Source: Rickettsiales bacterium (GTDB lineage: Bacteria; Pseudomonadota; Alphaproteobacteria; Rickettsiales; JABCZZ01). From it: a stretch of DNA of 64,000 nt. The stretch's first letter is position 1. Each line of letters opens with the position of its first letter. The notes under the pieces were generated by a model that searched no databases, was not told the DNA's origin, and saw only the letters and a list, made by a program, of their open reading frames with translations. The stretch covers positions 388,516-452,515 of the forward strand of contig DASTXE010000003.1 in NCBI GenBank assembly GCA_035765535.1, written 5' to 3'. Both the position numbers and the translations under genes were made by a program. This document shows, piece after piece, positions 37,811-46,458 of this stretch.

Positions 37811-39127
37811 ATGCTCTATAATCTGTATGGCCATGATTATCCGGTCGCTATTCCGGATGATCCACTGCTGAAAGCCGCCCTCACGGTAGCAGAACGCGCA
37901 CATGAAGGGCAGGAACGCCGCAATAGCCAGAGGCCGTATCTGGATCATGTGCTGCTTATATATGATATTCTGGATAAGTTTGGTTGCAGTAGCGAACAGA
38001 AAGCCATTGCCCTGCTGCATGATACGGTAGAGGATAAGCTGGAATCCGTGAAAGAACTCCATCGGCAGCTGTGCGAAGAACTTGAGGTCCCGTGCACGAT
38101 CCGGGACGATGCGGTGATTACGAGTCTTGGCGAGCGCAAAAACGGCGGCAGACCATTGCAGGATAGCGATATAGATGCGGATATAGCCGAACTTGGCGTA
38201 GATAAGGCGGAGGCGTTGTCCCTTAAAATATGCCAGGGCGTATATCAAATGAGCCTTGGTGCAATTCGCTTTGAAGGCAAACGGAGTTATCAGGTCGATC
38301 AGGCCTCTCGCATGAGCCCGCTCGTCAAACCTATAAAAATAGTGGATCAGGCGGCCAGCGTCCTGGATGACATCATGCATCTTCCAATGCCCGGCAGCGG
38401 CACGGCGGCGGATATCTCGCACGAAGCTGCGTGGAGGGAGACCAGAAAGGCAATTCGGCTTGCGCTGAAAGGGTATGACGTCGCCACCTCGGCTGCGGAC
38501 AGAATGCATCGCAAGGCACCTTTATATCTCTTTCAGGATTTATATGGAAAACTCCAGGAGCTAAAGGAACTTCAGAAAAAAGAGAATTATGACGGTATAG
38601 CGGCTCTCCGTGAGAATATGGCGAATGACGGAATCGAGCCTATGATAAAGCGAGCAACTTCATATACGAGACGTTTTCGCAACTCCGCTGATAAAAAACT
38701 GCCATTACCTGATATCGTAAAGCATTTCTATGCTCCGGACAGTGAAACCGGGATACAGAGAGTGACCATATCACGCACAACAGGGAAAATTGTCAGTATA
38801 GGCGTTGTGGTGTCACCGGATGGGGATGACAAAGCGCCTGCCAATCGTATTGCTCATATTATACGTGACGAGCTGGAGTCGCTGAGGGATGTGAAAATCG
38901 ATACCGGGAATAAATCTGTTCAGAGAATACGTGTTCGGGAAGAAGGTGTCGAAATGCATAGCGAAGTGCTTCATGTCCGTGATTTCAGGATAAAGCCGCC
39001 TATGAGCCCCAGAACATTCCTCGAGAGAATGCGCACACTTGAGCTGCGGCAGGATCTCAATGTCATAGACAGAGAACTGGAATTAGCCGTTATGTCTACC
39101 CAGCCTGGTGTTCACCGATATCGGTAA
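37811..39127 (+). CDS. HD-domain protein: RelA/SpoT-type (p)ppGpp-hydrolase-like N-terminus plus ~240-aa uncharacterised C-terminal region
   Basis: AERAHEGQERRNSQRPYLDHVLLIYDIL...AIALLHDTVEDK matches the SpoT/Mesh1 HD signature (H..Q.R..g.PY..H...V / LLHD.vED). I recognise no synthetase domain and no match for residues ~200-438. Confidence 0.75.
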   Translation: MLYNLYGHDYPVAIPDDPLLKAALTVAERAHEGQERRNSQRPYLDHVLLIYDILDKFGCSSEQKAIALLHDTVEDKLESVKELHRQLCEELEVPCTIRDDAVITSLGERKNGGRPLQDSDIDADIAELGVDKAEALSLKICQGVYQMSLGAIRFEGKRSYQVDQASRMSPLVKPIKIVDQAASVLDDIMHLPMPGSGTAADISHEAAWRETRKAIRLALKGYDVATSAADRMHRKAPLYLFQDLYGKLQELKELQKKENYDGIAALRENMANDGIEPMIKRATSYTRRFRNSADKKLPLPDIVKHFYAPDSETGIQRVTISRTTGKIVSIGVVVSPDGDDKAPANRIAHIIRDELESLRDVKIDTGNKSVQRIRVREEGVEMHSEVLHVRDFRIKPPMSPRTFLERMRTLELRQDLNVIDRELELAVMSTQPGVHRYR

Positions 39128-39133
39128 TCGCTA

Positions 39134-39877
39134 TTATAAGGCCGTCAACAATGTGCGTGGCAGCGGCAGGCGGCCCATAACCTGTTGGTAACCGTCATTG
39201 CCTGTCCAGCAATTGGCATTTCTGACATACATCTGACAGGAACCGAAGCGTGCGTTATGGGTGCCGTCATAACAGCCCACCTTGAAGTAATTACCGCCAT
39301 TGCCGAGATCGTTATAAGTGGTGGCGACATTATATTGGCGAAACAAAGGCTGACCGTCGATAAAGAATTCGCGAAAACCATTGCTGTTGGGCTGCCAGTT
39401 GACATGGAAGCAGGCCTGGTACCAGTGGTTATATTGCGGATTGATGCTCCCTACGATCGTAGTGCTTGAACCGCTTGCGGGTAACGTCTGGGAAGGAACA
39501 GAAATGGCCAGGTATCCGGGCTGCTGATACTGAAAGGCAAACGGGATCGGATTGACCGGATCGGCATCCGGAGTATGGATCTGCATTAGAATAATAGGGT
39601 CGAGCAGAGGCGCAAACCCTGTAGGCAGCATGAACTCCCAATAGAACCAGTATTCTCCGGTTGGTGTACAGGCAGGCATTGTAATTTCCGACCGGATACC
39701 GGTAGCCGTCGGTGTCATGCTCTGGTTGATGGTAGCCAGCATGGCGCTGTTGGATATCACCAGCGCTCCCGGGATGCCGTTAGGAAGATTATTGCCTGTG
39801 TCAATAATACCGTTAGCCTGCAGTTTATTCACGCCTGCAAAGGTCGAGGATAGCGGATAATTAATAATCTGTGTCAT
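39134..39877 (-). CDS. Concanavalin-A-fold polysaccharide-lyase-like protein (PF14099-like pattern)
   Basis: Shows the pattern GIRSEITMP...YWFYWEFMLP...ILMQIHT...WYQACFHVNW.PNSNGF.EFFIDGQP...GNYFKVGCYDG. I see no signal peptide. It is coupled to the upstream gene as TAAtATG. Confidence 0.6.
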   Translation of the reverse strand: MTQIINYPLSSTFAGVNKLQANGIIDTGNNLPNGIPGALVISNSAMLATINQSMTPTATGIRSEITMPACTPTGEYWFYWEFMLPTGFAPLLDPIILMQIHTPDADPVNPIPFAFQYQQPGYLAISVPSQTLPASGSSTTIVGSINPQYNHWYQACFHVNWQPNSNGFREFFIDGQPLFRQYNVATTYNDLGNGGNYFKVGCYDGTHNARFGSCQMYVRNANCWTGNDGYQQVMGRLPLPRTLLTAL

Positions 39878-39878
39878 A

Positions 39879-40901
39879 TTAAAAAGCCGAGTTGGTTACA
39901 AGTTGGCCGGGATTGGCGCGTAGCTGCTGGAATAATGCCGTGACTGTGGCGATAGACGGTGTCGCAGTCGCAGAAGGGAGCCTCAGAATGGCCAGGGCTC
40001 TTGTCTGCACGATCGTGCCGCTTGTGCTATTGGCTACCGCCGGAAATGCCGTGCCTATGTTAAAAGTATTAGTCGTACGCGTATCCACTGCTGTGCCGCC
40101 TCCTAATGCTGCATAGTTTCCGCCCAGGTTGGTATCGTATAGCTCATCGGTCCATGCGCCGTATTGTTTTGCCGTACCGTCGATTACAAAACCGAAACTA
40201 TGCAGTCCGCCGTCAAAAGGAACGCCGACAGAGGTGCCGCTGAAAATACTGTTGGTGCCATCAACCAGATTGAGCTGCCACTTGCCGGCAGTGGTGGCCC
40301 TGACATTGAGGCCGTGATAGGTTGCACTGGCACCGTCTCCCATAATCTGGAGCGTTGCAGCCGGTGTCGCGATTCTGCCGAGCCACCAGAGAATAAGTTT
40401 TTCACCTCCCAGATAATCCAGATTAAGCGCCGGCATACGCAGCGATGCGTTGGTGCCGCTGGTGCTGATGGTAGTGGAGGCAACCGTCTGGCTCAGATTG
40501 ACCGTCCATGTGGAACCGCTGCCGGATACGATATAGGTTCCCGCGGTGACGCCTGTGCCGGTGACAGTCTGTCCGATGGTAATAGTGCCGGTCAATCCGG
40601 AAACGACCGTGAGCGTTGTGCCGGAGATCGTTCCTGTGAAAGAAGCCGATGCAGGCTGCTGCGTCGAAATATACCCGTTGTTTCCCCACGCCACGCTGGA
40701 AATAAGCTGGGTGCCAAATACGGCATTATCCATGGCGCCGGACATATCGTAAAAAACCGGATCTCCCGCAATCTGGTTCCCGGCGAAACCATGAAAGAAA
40801 TAATAAGGGCTTTGCGTAGGCCCCAGATCCGAACTGTTGGTGATCGATAATGTTCCACCGCTGATATTGAGGGCGACAGAACCGGTAAAGGATGAGGACA
40901 T
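39879..40901 (-). CDS. Phage tail-fibre-like protein with LamG/ConA-like C-terminal jelly roll
   Basis: Contains the G/T/S-rich module FTGTISGTTLTVVSGLTGTITIGQTVTGTGVTAGTYIVSGSGSTWTVNLSQTV, a motif class seen in phage/GTA fibre proteins. A LamG-like block follows (LILWWLGRI...LNVRATTAGKWQLNLVDG...HSFGFVIDG). I see no signal peptide. Confidence 0.55.
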   Translation of the reverse strand: MSSSFTGSVALNISGGTLSITNSSDLGPTQSPYYFFHGFAGNQIAGDPVFYDMSGAMDNAVFGTQLISSVAWGNNGYISTQQPASASFTGTISGTTLTVVSGLTGTITIGQTVTGTGVTAGTYIVSGSGSTWTVNLSQTVASTTISTSGTNASLRMPALNLDYLGGEKLILWWLGRIATPAATLQIMGDGASATYHGLNVRATTAGKWQLNLVDGTNSIFSGTSVGVPFDGGLHSFGFVIDGTAKQYGAWTDELYDTNLGGNYAALGGGTAVDTRTTNTFNIGTAFPAVANSTSGTIVQTRALAILRLPSATATPSIATVTALFQQLRANPGQLVTNSAF

Positions 40902-41049
40902 ATCAATATTCCATGAATGGGATGATAGTGCATGTATAAAGCGTAAGAAGTACTAATATACTCCAATGCACTAACGCGAGAAAGTGAATTAATATCACAT
41001 AGAAATTTTAGATGAATAATGACAGCCTTCTTTCTTTTGAGGAGGATAT

Positions 41050-41211
41050 ATGACTGACACAATCGAAACGAATAAGGATATTAAGAACAGCGAAACGAAT
41101 ACGAAGACAAAGAAGCCTGTCGATGTGGCAACCCTTGAGAAGTCCAGAGCGACCAGCGAAATGGATACGGAAAGCTCTGATCCTGTTGCTGTAGGCGAAG
41201 CATCCGGTTGA
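41050..41211 (+). CDS. Possible 53-aa acidic, hydrophilic small protein
   Basis: GAGGAGGA lies just upstream, with about 4 nt between it and the ATG at 41050. My translation is MTDTIETNKDIKNSETNTKTKKPVDVATLEKSRATSEMDTESSDPVAVGEASG. It is below the ORF-track cutoff. Confidence 0.35.
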   Translation: MTDTIETNKDIKNSETNTKTKKPVDVATLEKSRATSEMDTESSDPVAVGEASG

Positions 41212-41268
41212 AATATGCTGGGTTTTTTATTTGTTTCCAGAGAGATGGCGGATTCCAGCAAATCACTG

Positions 41269-41287
41269 TTGACTGATCGGTCAAATC
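41269..41287. promoter_or_regulatory. Candidate TetR operator 1 (autoregulatory)
   Basis: TTGACTGATCGGTCAAATC contains the dyad TTGAC-N6-GTCAA and lies 32 nt upstream of the tetR ATG. In my alignment 13 of 15 positions match the site at 42025-42042. Confidence 0.5.
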
Positions 41288-41318
41288 TCCTTATAGTGAG
41301 TAAATAAGGAGGCTTTGT

Positions 41319-41951
41319 ATGATCAAGGCTGCAACAACAAACACGAAAGATACCAAGCAGGTATTAATCGACACGGCTTCGGAGCTGATCTGGAAGAGCA
41401 GTTATGGCTCGGTCAGTGTCGACGATATCTGTAAGGCTTCTAATGTAAAAAAAGGCAGTTTTTACCATTTCTTTCCTTCCAAGGTGGATCTGGCGATCGC
41501 TGCAATGGAAGAATTCTATCAGAGCAAGAAGATGGCTTATGATAGTATTTTTTCACCGCAAACGCCTGCGCTGCAGCGGTTCGAACAGCTCGCAGATTTT
41601 ATTTATAATATGCAGGAAGCAGCGGCCACCAAGCATGGTCAGGTATGTGGCTGCCCCCACGCTTCTCTGAGTTCGGAGATGGCGGGCCAGGAAGAAGGAA
41701 AGGGTATACGCGAGAAAATGACCGAGCTCACCAAGCGCTTCGAGCGCTATTATGAAAGTGGGGTTCGTGATCTGATCGCAGATGGGTTGCTGCCTGCCAA
41801 TACGGATGTGAAGGCAAAAGGGCAGGAAATAGTAACCTATCTGATTGGGCAGCTCACATTTGCCCGGATTCAGAATGATCTTGAACTATTAAAGCGTGAC
41901 TTAAAACCAGGACTACTGAAAATTATCAACCCTCAACACCAGCAGAAGTAA
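41319..41951 (+). CDS. TetR/AcrR-family transcriptional repressor
   Basis: AAGGAGG precedes the ATG. The HTH is SVDDICKASNVKKGSFYHFFPSKVDL. It sits upstream of an RND operon. Confidence 0.9.
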   Translation: MIKAATTNTKDTKQVLIDTASELIWKSSYGSVSVDDICKASNVKKGSFYHFFPSKVDLAIAAMEEFYQSKKMAYDSIFSPQTPALQRFEQLADFIYNMQEAAATKHGQVCGCPHASLSSEMAGQEEGKGIREKMTELTKRFERYYESGVRDLIADGLLPANTDVKAKGQEIVTYLIGQLTFARIQNDLELLKRDLKPGLLKIINPQHQQK

Positions 41952-42024
41952 CAAAGAATTTATTTAATATAAGGATCTAACGGTAGGGAAGTCGTATGCA
42001 CGGCTTTTTTTTGAAACCCTTACT

Positions 42025-42042
42025 AAACCGACCGGTCAAATC
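42025..42042. promoter_or_regulatory. Candidate TetR operator 2 (efflux operon)
   Basis: AAACCGACCGGTCAAATC contains the 8-bp palindrome GACCGGTC and lies about 25 nt upstream of the adaptor gene ATG. It shares CGGTCAAATC with operator 1. Confidence 0.5.
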
Positions 42043-42066
42043 CTAAAAAGACACAGGAGAAATGCC

Positions 42067-43266
42067 ATGACTCAATTTTCACTCTATATACGAAATAAAG
42101 CGCTGTTACTGGCAGGTGTTGCCATTATCATCCTGCCGACAGCGGGATTTGCCATCCATGGCCTGTCCAAGTCTACCCCTCCTGCAGCTGCGGCAAGTCA
42201 GGCGGTTCCGGTGGATGTGCAGACCGTCAATCCGCAGAATATCCGCATCTGGTCTGCCTTTTCGGGCAGGATGAGAGCAGTGGACTACGCTGAGATTCGT
42301 CCGGAAGTCAGCGGACGTATTGCCAGCCTGCGCTTCAATGACGGCCAGGTGGTGAAAGCCGGTGACGTATTGATGGTGATCGAGCCGCAGCCTTACGAAG
42401 CGGCAGTCGCCAAGGCGGAAGCAAACCTTGCGGCGGCGACCACCAAGGCAGCCTTTGCCAGAACCGAGCTGGACCGCGCCACCCATATGATTAAATCACA
42501 GGCTATTGCCAAGCGCGTCTATGACGAACGCGCGAACGACAACCGCGTTGCGCAAGCCGATGTAAAAGCAGCAGAAGCTGCGCTGAAGCAGGCAAAAGTG
42601 GATCTGGATCATGCCTATGTGAAGGCGCCGATTTCAGGCCGTGTCAGCCGCGCGGAAATCACAGTAGGCAATCTCGTGCAGTCTGGCTCGAATGCGCCGC
42701 TTCTGACGTCGATCGTTTCTAATGACGGCATCTATGCGGATTTTGAGGTGGACGAACAAACCTATATGAGAAGCATCCGTTCGCATGCCGCTACGCAGAA
42801 TGAGGAACAATCCATTCCGGTGGAACTGGCAGTGCAGGGGGACGAAAAACATCTTTATAAAGGGACCGTCTACAGCTTTGACAATCATATCGATACAGGC
42901 TCGGGCACGATCAGGGCACGCGCTAAATTTGCCAATGAAGACGGCAGCCTCGTGCCGGGAATGATGGTCTCTGTGAAGCTTGCCAGCAATATGGCTGAGA
43001 ATGTACTGCTTGTCCCCAACCGTGCCATTGGCAACGACCAGAACAAGCGGTTCGTTTATGTGGTCGGCAATGACAACAAGGTGGCATATCGTGAGGTCAG
43101 CCTTGGCGAGCAGGCAGATGAAAGCCAGCGTATTGTTCTGAGTGGGCTCAATCCCGGCGATAAGGTGATTGTTGACGGTCTCCAGCATGTAAGGCCGGAT
43201 GCGGTCGTGCAGCCGAAGGAGGCAGTCGCTCACAAGAACGCCGCTGATAAGGTTGCCGCTAACTAG
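42067..43266 (+). CDS. RND efflux periplasmic adaptor (membrane fusion protein, AcrA/MexA-like)
   Basis: 399 aa with an N-terminal anchor and HlyD-like lipoyl, hairpin and beta-barrel regions (SGRIASLRFNDGQVVKAGDVLMVIEP... ISGRVSRAEITVGNLV). Confidence 0.9.
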   Translation: MTQFSLYIRNKALLLAGVAIIILPTAGFAIHGLSKSTPPAAAASQAVPVDVQTVNPQNIRIWSAFSGRMRAVDYAEIRPEVSGRIASLRFNDGQVVKAGDVLMVIEPQPYEAAVAKAEANLAAATTKAAFARTELDRATHMIKSQAIAKRVYDERANDNRVAQADVKAAEAALKQAKVDLDHAYVKAPISGRVSRAEITVGNLVQSGSNAPLLTSIVSNDGIYADFEVDEQTYMRSIRSHAATQNEEQSIPVELAVQGDEKHLYKGTVYSFDNHIDTGSGTIRARAKFANEDGSLVPGMMVSVKLASNMAENVLLVPNRAIGNDQNKRFVYVVGNDNKVAYREVSLGEQADESQRIVLSGLNPGDKVIVDGLQHVRPDAVVQPKEAVAHKNAADKVAAN

Positions 43267-43299
43267 TCTTTCACAAGCTCCGTTTCAGGAAACAGTATT

Positions 43300-46200
43300 A
43301 TGAACATATCCAAGTTCTTCATCGACCGGCCGATTTTTGCCGGAGTGATTTCTATTATCATTTTTCTGGCGGGGCTGATCTCGGTCTTCCAATTGCCGAT
43401 TTCGGAATATCCGGAAGTTGTTCCTCCTTCAGTGGTAGTGAAAGCGCAGTTTCCGGGGGCTAACCCCACGGTAATCGCTGAAACGGTGGCAACGCCTATC
43501 GAAGAGCAGATCAACGGCGTGGAAAACATGCTGTATATGTTCTCGCAGGCCGCAAGCGACGGTACGCTGACTTTAACGGTGACCTTCAAGCTCGGCACGG
43601 ACCCGGATCTTGCGACCCAGCTCGTGCAGAACCGCGTGAATCAGGCGCTTTCCCGCTTGCCGGAAGTGACGCGCCAGATTGGTGTGACGACGGTTAAGAG
43701 CTCGCCTGACCTGACGATGGTGGTGCATTTGAAATCACCCCATGAGCGGTATGACATGCTCTACCTGCGCAATTATGCGGTACTGAACGTGAAAGATCAG
43801 CTGGCCAAGATTCCGGGTGTCGGCAATGTCGGTCTGTTCGGTTCGGGTGATTATGCTATGCGTATCTGGCTCAATCCGCAGAGAATTGCAGAACGCGGTA
43901 TGACAGCGGAGGAAGTGGTTGCTGCAATCCGCCGCCAGAACGTGCAGGTGGCTGCAGGTGTGATCGGTGGTCCTCCTTACGATAAAGGCATTGAGCTGCA
44001 GTTGCCCGTCAACGCGCAGGGACGCCTGACCGATGTGGAGCAGTTCAATAAGATCATCATCAAACGTGAGAACGGCGTCGTCACTTACCTTAAGGATGTG
44101 GCACGCATCGAGATCGATGCTGCCGAATACGGCTTACGTTCGCTGCTGGATAATAAGCCTGCCGTTGCTATTCCGGTCTTCCAGGCTCCGGGTTCTAACG
44201 CGCTGGATATTTCCAATAGCGTTCGCAAGACGATGGCGGAATTGAAGCAGAACTTCCCTGAGGATGTTGACTATGAAATCGTCTACGATCCGACCATCTT
44301 CGTGCGCGACTCCATTAAAGCCGTAGTGCACACACTGCTGGAAGCGATTGTACTGGTCGTGCTTGTGGTGATTCTGTTCCTGCAGACATGGAGGGCTTCG
44401 ATTATTCCGCTGCTCGCCGTGCCGGTCTCCATTGTGGGCACATTTGCCATCATGCATATGTGCGGGTTCTCGATTAACGCCTTGTCCCTCTTTGGTCTCG
44501 TGCTTGCTATTGGTATCGTAGTGGATGACGCGATTGTGGTCGTGGAAAATGTGGAGCGTAACATTCAGAACGGACATACACCGCGTGAGGCCACTCTGAT
44601 AGCCATGCGCGAAGTAACCGGGCCAATTATTGCCATCGCGCTGGTGCTGTGCGCGGTATTCGTACCGATTGCGTTCATCACAGGTCTGACGGGACAGTTC
44701 TATCGCCAGTTCGCGTTGACCATCGCGTTTTCAACGGTGATTTCAGCGTTCAACTCGCTGACACTATCACCGGCATTGTCTTCACTGCTGCTGCAGGGAC
44801 ATGATGCGCCTAAAGACGGTTTGACTCGTTTCATGGACAATCTGTTCGGGCCTTTCTTTGCGATGTTCAACCGTTTCTTCCACCGCAGTTCGGAAAAATA
44901 CGGGCGCAGCGTGGCAGGAATCCTGAATCGTAAGACACTGGCCATTGCCATCTATGTCGGCCTGCTGTCCTTTACCTTTGTCGGGTTCCATGAAGTGCCT
45001 CCGGGGTTCGTGCCGGTGCAGGATAAGCAGTATCTGGTGAGCTTCGCCAAGTTGCCTGACGGCGCTACGCTTGACCGTACGGAAGCGGTAATCCGCGAGA
45101 TGTCTGACATCGCGCTGAAAGAACCGGGCGTGGAAGGCGCCGTGGAATTCCCCGGCCTTTCGATCAACGGGTTCATCAACTCGCCTTCGGCAGGTATTGT
45201 ATTCGTAAAACTGAAACCGTTTGAAGAACGCACTTCGCCTGAGCTGTCCGGTTTTGCCATTTCGCAGAAGCTGCAGCAGAAATATATGGGTGTAAAAGAT
45301 GCGTTCATCGCCATCTTCCCGCCGCCGCCTGTGCATGGTCTCGGCACCATTGGTGGGTTCAAGATGCAGGTGGAAGACCGTACCGACCAGGGGTATGACG
45401 CATTGGATAAGGCTGTGAAAGCGGTGCTTGCCAAAGCCAATCAGGACCCGGCATTGTCGCGTGTCTTTACCAGCTATAACGTGAACACGCCGCAGCTCTT
45501 CGCCGATTTGGACCGTACCAAGGCCATGCAGCTCGGGGTGGATGTGCAGGATGTATTCAACACCATGCAGATCTATCTTGGTTCGCTCTACATCAATGAC
45601 TTCAATAAATTCGGCCGTACGTATGAAGTCATTGCGCAGGCGGATAAGCAGTTCCGTTCCAAGCCGGATGACATCAAGAAGCTGCAGACGCGTAATGCCG
45701 ATGGCAAGATGGTGCCGCTCGGTGCGATCGTGAATGTGTCGGAAACTACCGGTCCGGATAACGCAATGCGCTATAACGCATTCCGTTCTGCCGATATCAA
45801 CGGTGGTCCGGCTCCCGGATATTCCAGCGGGCAGGCGCAGGAAGCGATCATCAAGATATTGAATGAGACGCTGCCTAAAGGTATGGGCTTCGAGTGGACG
45901 GAATTGACGTACCAGCAGATTCTTTCCGGCAATACGGCGCTGCTTGTATTCCCTATCTGCGTGCTGTTGGTGTTCCTCGTGCTTGCGGCGCAGTATGAAA
46001 GTGTCTTCCTGCCGCTCGCCATCATCCTGATCGTGCCGATGTGCCTGCTGTCTGCTATTACAGGCGTATGGATCAGCGGTGGTGACAACAACCTCTTTAC
46101 GCAGATCGGGTTCTTCGTTCTGATCGGTCTGGCCTGCAAAAACGCCATTCTGATCGTGGAGTTCGCACGTGAGCTGGAGATTCAGGGCAGCAAGACACTT

Positions 46201-46458
46201 GATGCTGCCATTGAAGCCGCCCGCCTGCGCCTTCGCCCGATTCTGATGACGTCGATGGCGTTCATCATGGGCGTTACGCCGCTGGTGTTCACTTCCGGTG
46301 CAGGTGCAGAAATGCGTCATGCGATGGGGATTGCCGTATTTGCGGGCATGCTCGGTGTGACGGTCTTCGGCATATTTCTCACGCCTGTATTTTATGTGCT
46401 GATCCGTGCTTTGGAAAAGCGCATCACCAAAACAGAAAAGGTACATCATCATGTATAA
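43300..46458 (+). CDS. RND multidrug efflux permease (AcrB/MexB family, HAE1)
   Basis: 1052 aa starting MNISKFFIDRPIFAGVISIIIFLAGL, with a 12-TM, two-large-loop layout and the conserved block GLVLAIGIVVDDAIVVVENVERN. Confidence 0.95.
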   Translation: MNISKFFIDRPIFAGVISIIIFLAGLISVFQLPISEYPEVVPPSVVVKAQFPGANPTVIAETVATPIEEQINGVENMLYMFSQAASDGTLTLTVTFKLGTDPDLATQLVQNRVNQALSRLPEVTRQIGVTTVKSSPDLTMVVHLKSPHERYDMLYLRNYAVLNVKDQLAKIPGVGNVGLFGSGDYAMRIWLNPQRIAERGMTAEEVVAAIRRQNVQVAAGVIGGPPYDKGIELQLPVNAQGRLTDVEQFNKIIIKRENGVVTYLKDVARIEIDAAEYGLRSLLDNKPAVAIPVFQAPGSNALDISNSVRKTMAELKQNFPEDVDYEIVYDPTIFVRDSIKAVVHTLLEAIVLVVLVVILFLQTWRASIIPLLAVPVSIVGTFAIMHMCGFSINALSLFGLVLAIGIVVDDAIVVVENVERNIQNGHTPREATLIAMREVTGPIIAIALVLCAVFVPIAFITGLTGQFYRQFALTIAFSTVISAFNSLTLSPALSSLLLQGHDAPKDGLTRFMDNLFGPFFAMFNRFFHRSSEKYGRSVAGILNRKTLAIAIYVGLLSFTFVGFHEVPPGFVPVQDKQYLVSFAKLPDGATLDRTEAVIREMSDIALKEPGVEGAVEFPGLSINGFINSPSAGIVFVKLKPFEERTSPELSGFAISQKLQQKYMGVKDAFIAIFPPPPVHGLGTIGGFKMQVEDRTDQGYDALDKAVKAVLAKANQDPALSRVFTSYNVNTPQLFADLDRTKAMQLGVDVQDVFNTMQIYLGSLYINDFNKFGRTYEVIAQADKQFRSKPDDIKKLQTRNADGKMVPLGAIVNVSETTGPDNAMRYNAFRSADINGGPAPGYSSGQAQEAIIKILNETLPKGMGFEWTELTYQQILSGNTALLVFPICVLLVFLVLAAQYESVFLPLAIILIVPMCLLSAITGVWISGGDNNLFTQIGFFVLIGLACKNAILIVEFARELEIQGSKTLDAAIEAARLRLRPILMTSMAFIMGVTPLVFTSGAGAEMRHAMGIAVFAGMLGVTVFGIFLTPVFYVLIRALEKRITKTEKVHHHV

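Noticed and set aside
41952-42024. A T8 tract after tetR (…GCACGGCTTTTTTTT) as a possible intrinsic terminator.
   Set aside because: Only a weak 4-bp stem containing a G-U pair can be drawn before the T-tract, which is insufficient to call a terminator.
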